A stretch of 64,000 nucleotides of DNA from IMG/VR virus record IMGVR_UViG_3300032246_002559, one strand, 5' to 3'. Below the pieces are notes generated by a model, which made no database searches, had not been told where the DNA came from, and saw only the letters and a list, made by a program, of their open reading frames with translations. The first letter of the stretch is position 1. The number at the start of each line of letters is the position of its first letter. Shown piece by piece: positions 1 through 10,166 of the stretch. The position numbers and the translations under genes are program-made. The stretch is from an uncultured virus (IMG/VR IMGVR_UViG_3300032246_002559) (Duplodnaviria; Heunggongvirae; Uroviricota; Caudoviricetes).

Positions 1-81
1 ACACGGATCGCAAGCGCAAGTTTCGCCACACGGACATGCCGATAAAGCTAAAATCAAAATCCAAATCATAATATTGCCCTC

Positions 82-114
82 AAAGAAAAAGGGGTGGCCA
101 CCAAAGGCCACCCC
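82..114 (-). terminator. Intrinsic terminator after major capsid gene
   Basis: Minus strand reads GGGGTGGCC-TTTGGT-GGCCACCCC then TTTTTCTTT, 22 nt past the capsid stop. Confidence 0.85.
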
Positions 115-136
115 ATAACAGCGAGACCGAGATACC

Positions 137-1156
137 TTACAGAGCGCCGAGCAGAACGCGACGGTTGTCAAGTACCGAGAAGCCGTATTCGCCGAATCCG
201 TAGAAGCCGGCGCGACGCTGACGATGGAAGGTCGGATCTTCAAAAATCTCGATTTCCTGACGCCATGGCATCACAAACGAGTCGTCCTTGCTGAGGTCGA
301 GGCCGACGCACAGTTCAAGTTTTTCGTCGTTGGCGCTACCGAAGTCCAGAGACCCACTGAGGGTGCTGGTGAAGTAGGTCTGGTAATCCTGACCCACACC
401 GAGTTCGTCGAGATCGTGAAGCTTTACGCCGAAGATCTGAGTAAGGCCGTACTCTTCGTTGCCAGTACCTGCCAAGAAGATTTCCCGACGGGTGAAGTCA
501 TCCACCTGGGAAAGATCCCAAGTGCGCATGTCTTCCATGGCTTCTGGGCTGACATAAAGGTCAGTTAGCTGGCCACGATTAACCGATGTGCTGTTACCAC
601 CCGCATTGCGACGCATGATGGTTTTCATCAAGGCCACTAGACGTTTGGTGAACAGGCCGGGTGTGGCCGCGGTGTCATATACCACCAAGCTACGACTGTT
701 GCCAGCGCTAACAATGGTGCGCCATCCGTCGTCGTTCATCTTGCGAACGAACGATGCTTCCAAAACCTGCATACAGCGACCAACGATATCCCAACGGGCA
801 TCGCGAGCATACTTTAATGCGAAGTCAATGGAGTCAGCCACTTCGTACGTTGGCACCATGACGAAGTCGCCATTGACGTGCTTTTCAGGGATGCGCCCCT
901 GAGCTGGCACGGTGTAAGCAACAAAGTCTTTCTCAGTTCCAGGAGCAAGGAAGTCGAGCGGGAACTCAACAGCCGTACCTGGGGCGAAGTAGATGGGATC
1001 AAAAATTCCGGTTACGATGTCACCCTTGAGAATCCCCTGTCGCAGGGGAAGGGTAAGGGCCTTGGCCAGCTCTTGCTGAGCGGCGCAAGCGGTCTCGAAC
1101 GAATGGTCGCCGGCGCGACGGAGCAACCCGACCATTTCTTCGCTAGGCTTCTTCAT
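137..1156 (-). CDS. Major capsid protein (probable HK97 fold)
   Basis: 339 aa; last gene of terminase-portal-protease-decoration order; GGAG SD; followed by strong terminator; capsid-like C-terminus (GFYGFGEYGFSVLDNRRV). Confidence 0.8.
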   Translation of the reverse strand: MKKPSEEMVGLLRRAGDHSFETACAAQQELAKALTLPLRQGILKGDIVTGIFDPIYFAPGTAVEFPLDFLAPGTEKDFVAYTVPAQGRIPEKHVNGDFVMVPTYEVADSIDFALKYARDARWDIVGRCMQVLEASFVRKMNDDGWRTIVSAGNSRSLVVYDTAATPGLFTKRLVALMKTIMRRNAGGNSTSVNRGQLTDLYVSPEAMEDMRTWDLSQVDDFTRREIFLAGTGNEEYGLTQIFGVKLHDLDELGVGQDYQTYFTSTLSGSLDFGSANDEKLELCVGLDLSKDDSFVMPWRQEIEIFEDPTFHRQRRAGFYGFGEYGFSVLDNRRVLLGAL

Positions 1157-1185
1157 GTCAATGTGTCTCCTGGGTGGTTACCTGA

Positions 1186-1650
1186 TCAGATTTGTGGAAG
1201 GTTAACGTAGACCTTAACAAACCCTTCGGCGTCCACCTTGCCGGCGAACTGACCGATCTTAGGATTAGTAGAAGCGGTCGGGGTAAGCAGCCCGCTCGCG
1301 CCGACATAAGCAGTGACACCGGCGTCAATCGAGGCTGACACGCCGGATGCGATGCGGTCCGTGACAACCCAACCCTTTTTCAAGAGGGGCGTTTTCTCGC
1401 CGATGATTTGCTCATCGCGCTGAAAGTTTCTTTTTTGGCGAGTTTGGTCGATGTTGACAAAGTTGGACAAGCTGATACCAGCAGCCACTTTGCCTGAGCT
1501 ATTGGCAGCAAGGCTGACAACGCCCGGTGTGTAAAGGCCAGCGCCGCTAGCTGCGGTGCTGTAGACAAGGGCTACGCCCTTTTCGTGGACATCGTTGCAC
1601 ACCAAGGAGATATCGCTCTCCAAGATGTGACGATCAGGTTTCAGTGCCAT
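1186..1650 (-). CDS. Head decoration/cement-like protein
   Basis: 154 aa Gly/Ala/Val-rich beta protein directly upstream of the capsid gene; AGGAG SD. Confidence 0.6.
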   Translation of the reverse strand: MALKPDRHILESDISLVCNDVHEKGVALVYSTAASGAGLYTPGVVSLAANSSGKVAAGISLSNFVNIDQTRQKRNFQRDEQIIGEKTPLLKKGWVVTDRIASGVSASIDAGVTAYVGASGLLTPTASTNPKIGQFAGKVDAEGFVKVYVNLPQI

Positions 1651-1676
1651 CGTTCAGATCTCCTTTGGGAAAAAAC

Positions 1677-3074
1677 TTACTCAGCCGCCGGCTCTTCGGT
1701 CTCATCCGCCCCGAAAAAAGCGGCGATCTGAGCAGCGACCTTGTTAACACTTTGGTCGGCCGCCGAATCAGCGAGGGCCGGTTCCTCGCTTGGGATCACG
1801 TTATTGAGAATACTACCGGTTACCACATTTGCGGATTCCGGAGGAGGCGCCTTCTTCGGAAGAGTCATCTTCTTGACCGACTTACCAGCGGCCTCAGTCT
1901 CTTCTTCCTTTTCTTCTTTGTCTTCCATCTGGACTACTTCTTTGATTTGCTGAAGAATACTCTTCATCTCTTCAACAGTAGCCTTAAGAGTTTGGACGGT
2001 TTGAGCACGCTGTTCGGCTTCTTTGTAAGCCGCGAGCTTGGCAGCGAGATAGTCGTTAACGGCCGCTAGGGCGACAACGAACTGGTCATCACTGAGATGG
2101 GTCAAAGCTTCGGCGATGGCGTCTGAGCCTCCGCCCAGAAGTTCAGTTGCGGTCGCTTTGAGAGCGGATTGGCGCTGAGTAGCCTTTAGGGCATTCAGCT
2201 CAGCCGCATAAGCTGCGAGTTGTCCCTCAAGCTTGGCTGCCCGCTGATTAGCCGCGGCGAGTTCGGCCTCGGTGGTTTTTATCTCTTCGTTCATTGTTAA
2301 ATTCTCCTCTCTGGGAAGTTCATACCCCGAAGCGTTGGCCGTTTCGAGGATAACACTGTCTGGGTTGGCCGGTTTTTTTACCAGACCCTTGCCAGAAAAC
2401 ACGATCTTCCGCAGAACGCGGCCGATCTGGGCACCCTCATAGGTACCATCCCCTCCGTACGCACGGAGGTGTTTTGTGAGGAACGCCGTCTTCTCGTTAC
2501 GAGCGACAGTCCGACGACCCTTCGCGGTCTTGACCGAATAGTCGAAGCCGTGGAAAAGGGCTTCCATCGACACGAACCACCCCCCGCGAGCTATCTCTGC
2601 GGTAAGTCGGTCCATTCGAGCCTGACGCTCGGGGTCTTCCCAAATTTTGTAAAGGACAGCGGTCGTGACGATGTGATATGGGTTAGGCAACTCGGCAACA
2701 GGAGTCGTTTCTGGAATGGGCTTCAACTCAACATCAACCGCTTGGCTACCAGTTATGTGGCCAATTATATCAGCTTGATTATGTTCAAAATTGAATGGCT
2801 TGTCTTCGGGGCTGTGGCGGGCGGCCCACATCTCGGCAGAATCAAAGACGTCGTCGTTCTTGTTCCAGCCAGTGCTTACCATAAGGGTCTTGATATAATG
2901 AAGGTCAATCTGCCCTTTATTCTCGGCAGTTGCCAAAAGATAAGCTTTTGCTGTCTCCGAAACCTCGAAAGGTTCAGTGATGGTAGCGTCGGCAAGGAGC
3001 GCGACCGAAGCATTAGCCTGGATCAGGTCCTCAAGACCCGCCTCGCGTTCGGCGGAAAATACGGCAATCTTCAT
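1677..3074 (-). CDS. Prohead protease-like domain fused to coiled-coil scaffold
   Basis: N-half with WNKNDDVF, FNFEH, FVSMEALF, FSGKGLVKKPAN; C-half Ala/Glu/Lys coiled coil; lies between portal and capsid; AAGGAGG SD. Confidence 0.7.
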   Translation of the reverse strand: MKIAVFSAEREAGLEDLIQANASVALLADATITEPFEVSETAKAYLLATAENKGQIDLHYIKTLMVSTGWNKNDDVFDSAEMWAARHSPEDKPFNFEHNQADIIGHITGSQAVDVELKPIPETTPVAELPNPYHIVTTAVLYKIWEDPERQARMDRLTAEIARGGWFVSMEALFHGFDYSVKTAKGRRTVARNEKTAFLTKHLRAYGGDGTYEGAQIGRVLRKIVFSGKGLVKKPANPDSVILETANASGYELPREENLTMNEEIKTTEAELAAANQRAAKLEGQLAAYAAELNALKATQRQSALKATATELLGGGSDAIAEALTHLSDDQFVVALAAVNDYLAAKLAAYKEAEQRAQTVQTLKATVEEMKSILQQIKEVVQMEDKEEKEEETEAAGKSVKKMTLPKKAPPPESANVVTGSILNNVIPSEEPALADSAADQSVNKVAAQIAAFFGADETEEPAAE

Positions 3075-3129
3075 GGCGTGGTGTGCCTCCTTCGAGTTCT
3101 ACACCGGATGAGCCGGGGTGCGGGGCAAA

Positions 3130-5199
3130 TCAGATCACCGAGTAAGTAACATAAACAGAGGCTTCAATTTTCCTTCGCTCCTCGGCCGTAGGCACTGAAC
3201 CCTTCGTTGCAAGGAAACGGGCGAGAGTTTGCCTGTGCAATTCTCGAACGGGTTCCGGAATCTTTATCAACTTAGTCAAGATTTCTTTTATCTTCTTTTT
3301 TGTGACTTCTTCGCCAACCGTGAACTGACAAAGAACAGCGAAGCGAAACTCTTCGAGCGCGGCGATTTCTTCAGAAGAAGCCTCACGCAGGTTCTTTTTG
3401 CCGATAGATTTGAGATAGGCTGGCTGAGTAATTTCACAGACCTGGCGGTGGGCAGAGTCAGCCCAGACGAAAGCTTCTGCGTATTCGGCCTGGGCCGGTT
3501 TCATTTCGCGCCGCTTGCGTGGTTGGGTGTCCATGGAGCCATCGGGGCGCCCTTGCCCAGGCTGACCCTTAGGGCGGTCGACTGGCGCGGACCCACCCTG
3601 CTCGATGGAATCAGCGGGCGTGGCGTCGATGCCGAAATCAGGTGGAGACATTGCGCCGTTTTGAGCGAAAATCTTTTTAACCGCCTCCTGGGTATCGGTG
3701 ACAAATGGTCCAGGACGAAAGGGCATATTTCCGTCGCGACGCATGCGTGTCTCCCGTCGAATACGAACACGTTCAATCTCGGGAATGAGGCTGAATCGTT
3801 CTTGTACGGCCTCTTCAGAAATTAGACCTCTGTCAGCCATGTCGATTAGGAGTCTCTGCATAGAGGCTTCGTCAGTAAGAGTCTGCTGGTCAAAGACAAC
3901 CTGAGCAGGCAGGCGGAAACCCATGGCCTGCTGAACGATCCGAATCTCATTGGTCCAAAATCGGGCGAGTATATCTCGCCCGTATTGCAATCGCTCGACC
4001 AATGTTTGCAAAGAAACAAAGTTATTGCCAAATCCCTGACTAGCCGGGAGACCAGTAAGTCCTGGTGGTATCCCCAGTCCAGCAAAAATATTATTGAGGA
4101 TCGGACGGTATTTTTCCTCACCCAAGAACTTGCTGATGTCTGTCGATGTTTCAGAAAGTGTTAGCTCCGGACCCCATATGAGGTCGATGGATCCACCACC
4201 AACATTGTTCATCAACATGTCTGCCAGTCGAGCAATAGCTGCTTCGGTAGGCAAGATGCGGTGGTCAAGACTGCCTAACTTCCACAGTCGAATATGAGAC
4301 ACGGCACCATCAAGAGCTGCCAGATCAGCTAATTTCATCTTGCGCAGCATCATCAGATCTTCAAGGATTGCAAAAGTCATGGGACGTGCCCACACTTGCC
4401 AGTCGTCCCGCTTGTAATAGAGTGCTATGGTCTTGTTTGGATCCAAAGGTATCAGCTTTCCCCCCTGGCGAGCGAGATCAAGAACTTCTCGCGGAACACG
4501 ACTGTTCACCATCTGTTCCATGTCGATGGTAGGCTTCTTGAGGCGTTTTGCCACTATCTCGGAAATGCGAATACCATAACGGAAGTATTTTGCCCCAAGG
4601 AAGGGGGCTAGTTCCGCGCCATAAACGTCGACAGAAAGCGGGTTGTAGATCGTATACTCCCAAGGGATCTCCATCGGCTTGGCGGGTCGTGGGATATCCG
4701 GTTTCGTGTCGGCTGCGTGACCGCGCTGCAGAAGGGCCGCGTCATCATCAGACAAGCGGGCAGTACTCCTCTTGATGATAACATTTGCCGTTCGGAAGAG
4801 CATATTCAAGATGCGCTCAGTACGCTCTTTCCCGTTGATTTTGTTAAACCACTCTTTGAAAAATTTCTCGATCCTTGGATTTGGATGGACTAAATCGATT
4901 CCCTGGCAGGCGAATTCCGACATCATGTCGACCGTATTTCTAACAATTCCGATGCGGTCATAAGCCTGCATGCAGGCGCCAATGATATCGACGTCTCTGG
5001 TGGGAATCGCTTCTCCGGGTCGAAAGAAGTCGTAATCCCGACGATCGAACCCTTCGCGCACAGAGATGTTCGGGTTTGAGACGTTGCGGAACGTATTGCC
5101 GGCGGTAGCTCGCCCATTGTTGCGAACGATGACCTGGCCGTTCTGATACGACTGGTCTTTGTCTTCGGCAGTGACAAAGAGTGGCTTATTTTCGCTCAT
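3130..5199 (-). CDS. Portal protein
   Basis: ~690 aa directly downstream of terminase large subunit; start reassigned to MSENKP (5199), just after the terminase stop. Confidence 0.75.
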   Translation of the reverse strand: MSENKPLFVTAEDKDQSYQNGQVIVRNNGRATAGNTFRNVSNPNISVREGFDRRDYDFFRPGEAIPTRDVDIIGACMQAYDRIGIVRNTVDMMSEFACQGIDLVHPNPRIEKFFKEWFNKINGKERTERILNMLFRTANVIIKRSTARLSDDDAALLQRGHAADTKPDIPRPAKPMEIPWEYTIYNPLSVDVYGAELAPFLGAKYFRYGIRISEIVAKRLKKPTIDMEQMVNSRVPREVLDLARQGGKLIPLDPNKTIALYYKRDDWQVWARPMTFAILEDLMMLRKMKLADLAALDGAVSHIRLWKLGSLDHRILPTEAAIARLADMLMNNVGGGSIDLIWGPELTLSETSTDISKFLGEEKYRPILNNIFAGLGIPPGLTGLPASQGFGNNFVSLQTLVERLQYGRDILARFWTNEIRIVQQAMGFRLPAQVVFDQQTLTDEASMQRLLIDMADRGLISEEAVQERFSLIPEIERVRIRRETRMRRDGNMPFRPGPFVTDTQEAVKKIFAQNGAMSPPDFGIDATPADSIEQGGSAPVDRPKGQPGQGRPDGSMDTQPRKRREMKPAQAEYAEAFVWADSAHRQVCEITQPAYLKSIGKKNLREASSEEIAALEEFRFAVLCQFTVGEEVTKKKIKEILTKLIKIPEPVRELHRQTLARFLATKGSVPTAEERRKIEASVYVTYSVI

Positions 5200-5204
5200 T
5201 GGGA

Positions 5205-8033
5205 TTACATTCCGTTTGCGGTGGGATCTCCTTGTTCTACACCGTCGCGCCCCACGACCGTACCGTAGGAACCTCGTGTGGATTTCAAGAACCACTCGGG
5301 CGCGATGTAGAGATCGCCGCTGCCGCCACGAACATTATTGGCAAATCCTCCAACCGCCTGATACTGTTTGATCGGCTCGGCCCTTTGAATAGTGCGGGAA
5401 GCAGAGTTGGCCATGAGAAGGGCAGAATAACGGTCCTTTCTTTGCTTGCCGGCCCTAGACCCCGGCAGTTTTGCGGAAGGGACATCCCACCGGTCACGCC
5501 CGCCAGTAGTGGCGGTGTGTACGATGGATGCCAATTCGTCCTTCAATTCCTCGATGTCAACCATGGCATCTTCGAGAGTGTCATACAGGGACACCTCTTC
5601 GTCGTCGCGGGTAACGATGCGCCCGGCTTCCTTGTCTTCTTCATAAGCCAGACCGAGCATAGCTGTGTCGAAGGCCGGGAATAAGAGTACTCGATCTTCT
5701 AGATCTTTCCTGAGGCCATGATTGGCATCTATAAGCCATCGGCCGTCTGCAAAGTTGACCATGTCAACAATATGTAGACCTGGCTTGCCGTCGGAGTCCT
5801 TGATTTTTTTAGGGTCGGGATCAACGATACGCCAAATCGGCTGTTCGCCTTCTTTGAGCTTTTCTGTGTCGTGAAGGGCTTCTTCAACGGTTACGCCGCC
5901 GCCCTGGGAGTCGATGCAAATTCTCTCGACGTTGGGGAAAGAGATCATAAGTTCGCGGAGTTTACGGGCGCAGAAGGCATAGAAGTTCTGTTCTTTGATC
6001 GTCCCACGCTTCAGGCGTTCTTTGTGCGCCTTCCTGTTGGTCGTCCAGCAGTAAACGATCCGCCGGTGAGTAGGATACAAGGCGAGGACGACGACAGAAA
6101 AGTGATCGCGTTCTGAAGCGGGGTCTACGGCCATGATGTGGGGTACATCTTCTCCTAGCAAGCTGGCAGTAAAGTGGATAGTCTCGCCATCTTGAATGAT
6201 CGCATTCTGATGGCGGGCGACGCACGACTCAATCAAACTACGCTTGAAGAACCCCTCCGAATCGGTCGCAAAGGCGGCCCCAAACTCAATCATGTAACTG
6301 CTTTTTGACAGGGTGGCCCTAGCCGAGCTAACTTGTTTTTCGTCCATGAATCCGCGCGGCAAAAGATCCACGGGGATGCGGATAATCGAGAAGTCTCGGT
6401 GGTCGAACCCTTCAGGTACGGGACCATCGAAAATCGCTTCCAATTTCCTTTTGTCGCCGCGGCTTTCGATGAAGGCCTTATAGATCTTCCAAGTTTTGTA
6501 GAAATGATTGAAAGCGTAGTTGGCTGTCCCAGATATGACGTTCTGATTTGAGCGCAAGATCTTAGCTTCAGCCTTCTCGTCGTCTTCCGACCAATAACCA
6601 AGTTTTTTCAAGAGTCGGACGCGGGCTTGGTGCCGAACACCCGATGCAGGATCGGCACTCACCGAGGCAAAGCCTCGGACGACATTCTGATAAATTTCAG
6701 GAGGAATCGAGTTGTGTTGAACGAATCCGTTGGCAACAAACCGATTTCCTTCTGGAAGATAGTAATCGTAAAGAACCTGAGTACCCGGAAGTTGTTCGAC
6801 AGACGTGACAAATAACGCTTGTGGAACAGGACCACTTTTAACGACTAGAAGCCATCGGGAGTCGTCAATCTGCTGAATCGACGAATACTGGCCGGATCTA
6901 AGGAGAAGTATCTGTGTCTCTCGAGCCATAGTTTCTGACAGACCATCCTTAAAGTCTTCTCTGGATAGAAGGCACTCAAGATAGCTGGCGACGACAGAGA
7001 AGGGGGAAACCAAAATGGACGAGTGTGTTTGGCCACCTAGATCTGCCGTTTGACCTATCAGCCAGGCCAGACTCTCATCTCCATCTGTTTGACCTTCGGG
7101 AAAACGATAAGTGGACGGCATGGGCAGGTAGTCACCAGCAGTTAATTCGCGGCCAAGCTTCCAGCCACTCTGAGTAAGAACCTGGTGAATACCTGAGCAA
7201 ACAAAAGAAAATCCATTCTCGGTGGTGACGCGATAGGCTGTCGTGGGCGGGGTGCGTATGAAGTGGCTGGGGAATTCGTAACCCCTTTCATCACCAGTGT
7301 TTAACGAAATATCCTCGCGCTCCTCGGTCTCCTCTATGCGGAATAGCCCCTTGTCGGTCTCGACCAAGGTGCCCGCGCCCAGACAAGCATATTCGTCACA
7401 GATGATGTAACTGGCACGCTGGCCTCTAATCTTTTCGCCGTTGCCCAGCGGCAATGCGATACCAGTGGATTCGCCAATAATCATTTCGCATCGATCGATA
7501 TCTCGCCTTGGCCCCTGCTCGCGCCCCGCTCTCCCCTTGGCTGTACCACACAGGTCGCGAAGCAAGGCTCCGTCGGACCAAAACTTTTCCATGTACTCAA
7601 ATATCACTTTGGACTGACGGAAAGCTGCCCCAATGACAGCTATCTTCGACCCCTGAGTGAATGTGAGCCGGAGAATTGAGTAGAGAGCTAGGAGAAATGA
7701 CTTACCCAAACCGCGGCTTCCGATGAGCATGGGGAAGGGGCGATTCCACAACTCCCGCAGAATCACATGTTGGAACGGCATGATATCTACGTTTAGCAGT
7801 AGCTTGCAGGTAAACGGAAAATAATCGGGATTCCGCATCACTCTAAGCAGACTTTCGGGCGTGATTTCACCACGAATGGTCCTTAGAGGATGAGCGGCGT
7901 CGACAGGAAGAGTGATCAGGGCCTCTAGTTGTTCCACCGGCGTGGATGAGGTGACGTAGGCCAAGTCCTGCTCCGAGAGCAGCCATGCGTGGTCAATCAG
8001 CCGCTTGATTCGATCCTGGTCTTTGGTGGACAT
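5205..8033 (-). CDS. terL: Terminase large subunit with intein
   Basis: Walker A GSRGLGKS, IRGQRASYIICDE Walker B, nuclease motifs AVDPAS and KDRYSAL; start MSTKDQ has a GGAG SD. Confidence 0.92.
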   Translation of the reverse strand: MSTKDQDRIKRLIDHAWLLSEQDLAYVTSSTPVEQLEALITLPVDAAHPLRTIRGEITPESLLRVMRNPDYFPFTCKLLLNVDIMPFQHVILRELWNRPFPMLIGSRGLGKSFLLALYSILRLTFTQGSKIAVIGAAFRQSKVIFEYMEKFWSDGALLRDLCGTAKGRAGREQGPRRDIDRCEMIIGESTGIALPLGNGEKIRGQRASYIICDEYACLGAGTLVETDKGLFRIEETEEREDISLNTGDERGYEFPSHFIRTPPTTAYRVTTENGFSFVCSGIHQVLTQSGWKLGRELTAGDYLPMPSTYRFPEGQTDGDESLAWLIGQTADLGGQTHSSILVSPFSVVASYLECLLSREDFKDGLSETMARETQILLLRSGQYSSIQQIDDSRWLLVVKSGPVPQALFVTSVEQLPGTQVLYDYYLPEGNRFVANGFVQHNSIPPEIYQNVVRGFASVSADPASGVRHQARVRLLKKLGYWSEDDEKAEAKILRSNQNVISGTANYAFNHFYKTWKIYKAFIESRGDKRKLEAIFDGPVPEGFDHRDFSIIRIPVDLLPRGFMDEKQVSSARATLSKSSYMIEFGAAFATDSEGFFKRSLIESCVARHQNAIIQDGETIHFTASLLGEDVPHIMAVDPASERDHFSVVVLALYPTHRRIVYCWTTNRKAHKERLKRGTIKEQNFYAFCARKLRELMISFPNVERICIDSQGGGVTVEEALHDTEKLKEGEQPIWRIVDPDPKKIKDSDGKPGLHIVDMVNFADGRWLIDANHGLRKDLEDRVLLFPAFDTAMLGLAYEEDKEAGRIVTRDDEEVSLYDTLEDAMVDIEELKDELASIVHTATTGGRDRWDVPSAKLPGSRAGKQRKDRYSALLMANSASRTIQRAEPIKQYQAVGGFANNVRGGSGDLYIAPEWFLKSTRGSYGTVVGRDGVEQGDPTANGM
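6711..7385 (-). mobile_element. Intein (225 aa) in terminase, endonuclease degenerate
   Basis: Begins CLGAGTLVET right after DEYA; block B CSGIHQVLT; ends FVANGFVQHN followed by Ser. Confidence 0.9.
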
Positions 8034-8511
8034 CGAGCACTCTCCGGAAAATCTGATGGGCGACATCTTGGCCATGCTTACCCGCGAGGATAACCTTGAC
8101 CGGGTAATTGACCTGAATTTCCATGAGCCGCCTCATCAGGAATGGCCCTTTGACGCGAATATATGGTAGCTTACTGTGGGGAATGTTGCCACCATACGGG
8201 AAACGAAGTAAATCGTCCATAGTAAACTCTAGAACCAGGAAAGCGTGTGGGTAGTCCCGCATACGCTCCAGCTCCCGCTCGAATCGGGCCTGAGTGACGT
8301 TGCCGGCGAACTCCTCGACTGAACCCTTGCGCTCAATAGTCAAAAGCGTCTCAAGGCCACGTAGCGAGTAGTCTCCCGTCTTCAGGGTGCCTACCTCCAT
8401 CCCGGCGCAGGCCTTACCAACGTGAAAATTCCACCCTTGTTGTTCGCGGGTGTCTTTGACGACAGTGAATTTTTCTTCAGTCGGCACGGCGATCAAACTC
8501 CTGGAGACCAT
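7993..8511 (-). CDS. ERCC4-domain nuclease
   Basis: VKDTREQ...LKTGDYSL...IERKGSVEE motifs. Confidence 0.85.
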   Translation of the reverse strand: MVSRSLIAVPTEEKFTVVKDTREQQGWNFHVGKACAGMEVGTLKTGDYSLRGLETLLTIERKGSVEEFAGNVTQARFERELERMRDYPHAFLVLEFTMDDLLRFPYGGNIPHSKLPYIRVKGPFLMRRLMEIQVNYPVKVILAGKHGQDVAHQIFRRVLDVHQRPGSNQAAD

Positions 8512-8650
8512 AAGCTTGTTCCAGAAACTTCACGAGATGCCGCGCGGCGCGCAAGAATATCTCCGCCTCTCTAAGAGACAAGGTGTGGGAAAGCACTCGG
8601 GTCTCGCCGCGGTGAAGCTGTATGGAATAAACGGTTGATTCATTCTGCAT
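8477..8650 (-). CDS. Small hypothetical protein
   Basis: MQNEST start overlaps the upstream gene end; fills the operon gap. Confidence 0.45.
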   Translation of the reverse strand: MQNESTVYSIQLHRGETRVLSHTLSLREAEIFLRAARHLVKFLEQAYGLQEFDRRAD

Positions 8651-9482
8651 CTTCTTCCCCCACTGTTTCGGCGTTGAGCACGGGCAAATCTTCATTCCCG
8701 TCGTCATACTTGTGAGCCGACCCCAACCTTCGTCCCTCTCTATTTGCGGCGACGCGCAAAAGCTCCATATGGCGCCCCGCAAACTCCTTCTGTCCTTCGT
8801 CCTGGAGGCGACGGATAACTCCGAGGAAGGTCTCTTTAGAGGACTCAATGCGGGACACTCGTTGATCTCGAGTCGCCTTCAGGTCTTTAAGGAGAGCCTG
8901 GTGCTTTTCTTCGAGCTTTATGAACTCGTTCGACTTGGCGGCCTCGGCCGCCTTGCATGCGGTAATTTGAGTTTCGAGTTGGAGTAGGTAGTCTCGCTCG
9001 GAGTCGGACATATCCGATGGGTTGCTAAAACGCCCCTGGAAATTATCGCGCAGTTTGGACAGCCTTTCGATGTCGACGGCACAGGAGCGTTTGGCTGTCG
9101 AGTTGCGGTGCATCATGATTTCGAGCTTGATAACCAGGAAGATCTGCGTTTCTTCTGTCACGAGCACATCTTCACGGAACTGAGTCATGTATTGGGAATA
9201 CTTCTCCTCGAAGTAGGCCAACTCGTCATTGGCCAGCTCTTCCCTGAGATGTTGCCACGCCATGGTGCGACGTAGCTTGTGCCTAACCTCTAGCAGCTCC
9301 GCCTCTTCACCTTCGGGAGGAGCAATAGCGACGCCAGCAACATTGTGCTCATCAAGATAGGCACGTACCTGCTTGGGTGACCTGTTCAAACTCTCAGCAA
9401 TCTGGTCGGGCGTTAATTTACCAGACGAAGACCGAATAAAAGTCTTTTCTGTCGTCGACATTTGGCCCTTGCGATAACTCAC
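8640..9482 (-). CDS. HTH plus coiled-coil protein, candidate terminase small subunit
   Basis: N-terminal HTH-like LTPDQIAESLNRSPKQV; long helical region; upstream of terL. Confidence 0.45.
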   Translation of the reverse strand: MSYRKGQMSTTEKTFIRSSSGKLTPDQIAESLNRSPKQVRAYLDEHNVAGVAIAPPEGEEAELLEVRHKLRRTMAWQHLREELANDELAYFEEKYSQYMTQFREDVLVTEETQIFLVIKLEIMMHRNSTAKRSCAVDIERLSKLRDNFQGRFSNPSDMSDSERDYLLQLETQITACKAAEAAKSNEFIKLEEKHQALLKDLKATRDQRVSRIESSKETFLGVIRRLQDEGQKEFAGRHMELLRVAANREGRRLGSAHKYDDGNEDLPVLNAETVGEEDAE

Positions 9483-10039
9483 GACAAAATCTCCCGAATT
9501 TTCGCAGCCACAGCATCACGCTTGACCTTGGGAACAGACTCGCCAGCAATCATTTTCAAATAAGACGAGCGTAGCTCGATAGGTAAACCCACATCCACTT
9601 TGGATAGAATCTCCTCTCGAGACAGGTTTTCCGTGAGGTCCTCACAAACCGCGTCAAGATCGTCCCGATCACCTAAGTCAATGGGCTTCATGAGAGATTG
9701 CTTGGCCGCATTGCGGGATTTCCAAGCCAAGAACTTCTCGCAGAACTCGCCGTTGGTATGCTTGGTGCCGCCGGAGCACAACTCGCAGGGGGGATCGTTT
9801 CGGTGGAACCTGTCTCGCTTGAAGTTGATGAGCCTATTCTTGATGTGCGCATAGATGAAATTTGCGAGCGGACGCGAACGATCATATCTGCCTAATGCTT
9901 CGATTGCGAAAATCGCAGCCTCCTGGCGTATGTCGTCGGCATCGTAATAACCGAAGGCGAAGGACCGAGCAAGAATCTCGCAGGCCTTATTTACCGCTTC
10001 CAGAAATTGCTCTTCAGTCACTCCCGGTGGATATTGCAT
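9479..10039 (-). CDS. Sigma-70 family sigma factor with Cys-rich insert
   Basis: Region 2 motif DADDIRQEA...ALGRYDRSRPLANFIYAHIKNRLINFKR; CxxC insert (CELC). Confidence 0.8.
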   Translation of the reverse strand: MQYPPGVTEEQFLEAVNKACEILARSFAFGYYDADDIRQEAAIFAIEALGRYDRSRPLANFIYAHIKNRLINFKRDRFHRNDPPCELCSGGTKHTNGEFCEKFLAWKSRNAAKQSLMKPIDLGDRDDLDAVCEDLTENLSREEILSKVDVGLPIELRSSYLKMIAGESVPKVKRDAVAAKIREILS

Positions 10040-10166
10040 CGTCAATGGTGCTCTCTGAAATAATGTGGGCGGCGACAGCAAAGGCCGGGTCAGGCACGCT
10101 GAGATCAGCCTGCACACTCTGGCTCACTTCGCCCGTTTCAACCGCGGTAAGACGCGTGGGGATCAT
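10014..10166 (-). CDS. Small hypothetical protein, first gene of leftward operon
   Basis: AGGAGGT SD before MIPTRL; 50 aa. Confidence 0.5.
   Translation of the reverse strand: MIPTRLTAVETGEVSQSVQADLSVPDPAFAVAAHIISESTIDDAISTGSD

Noticed and set aside
224..5684. Long plus-strand ORFs opposite the head genes
   Set aside because: Antisense shadows of well-supported minus-strand genes
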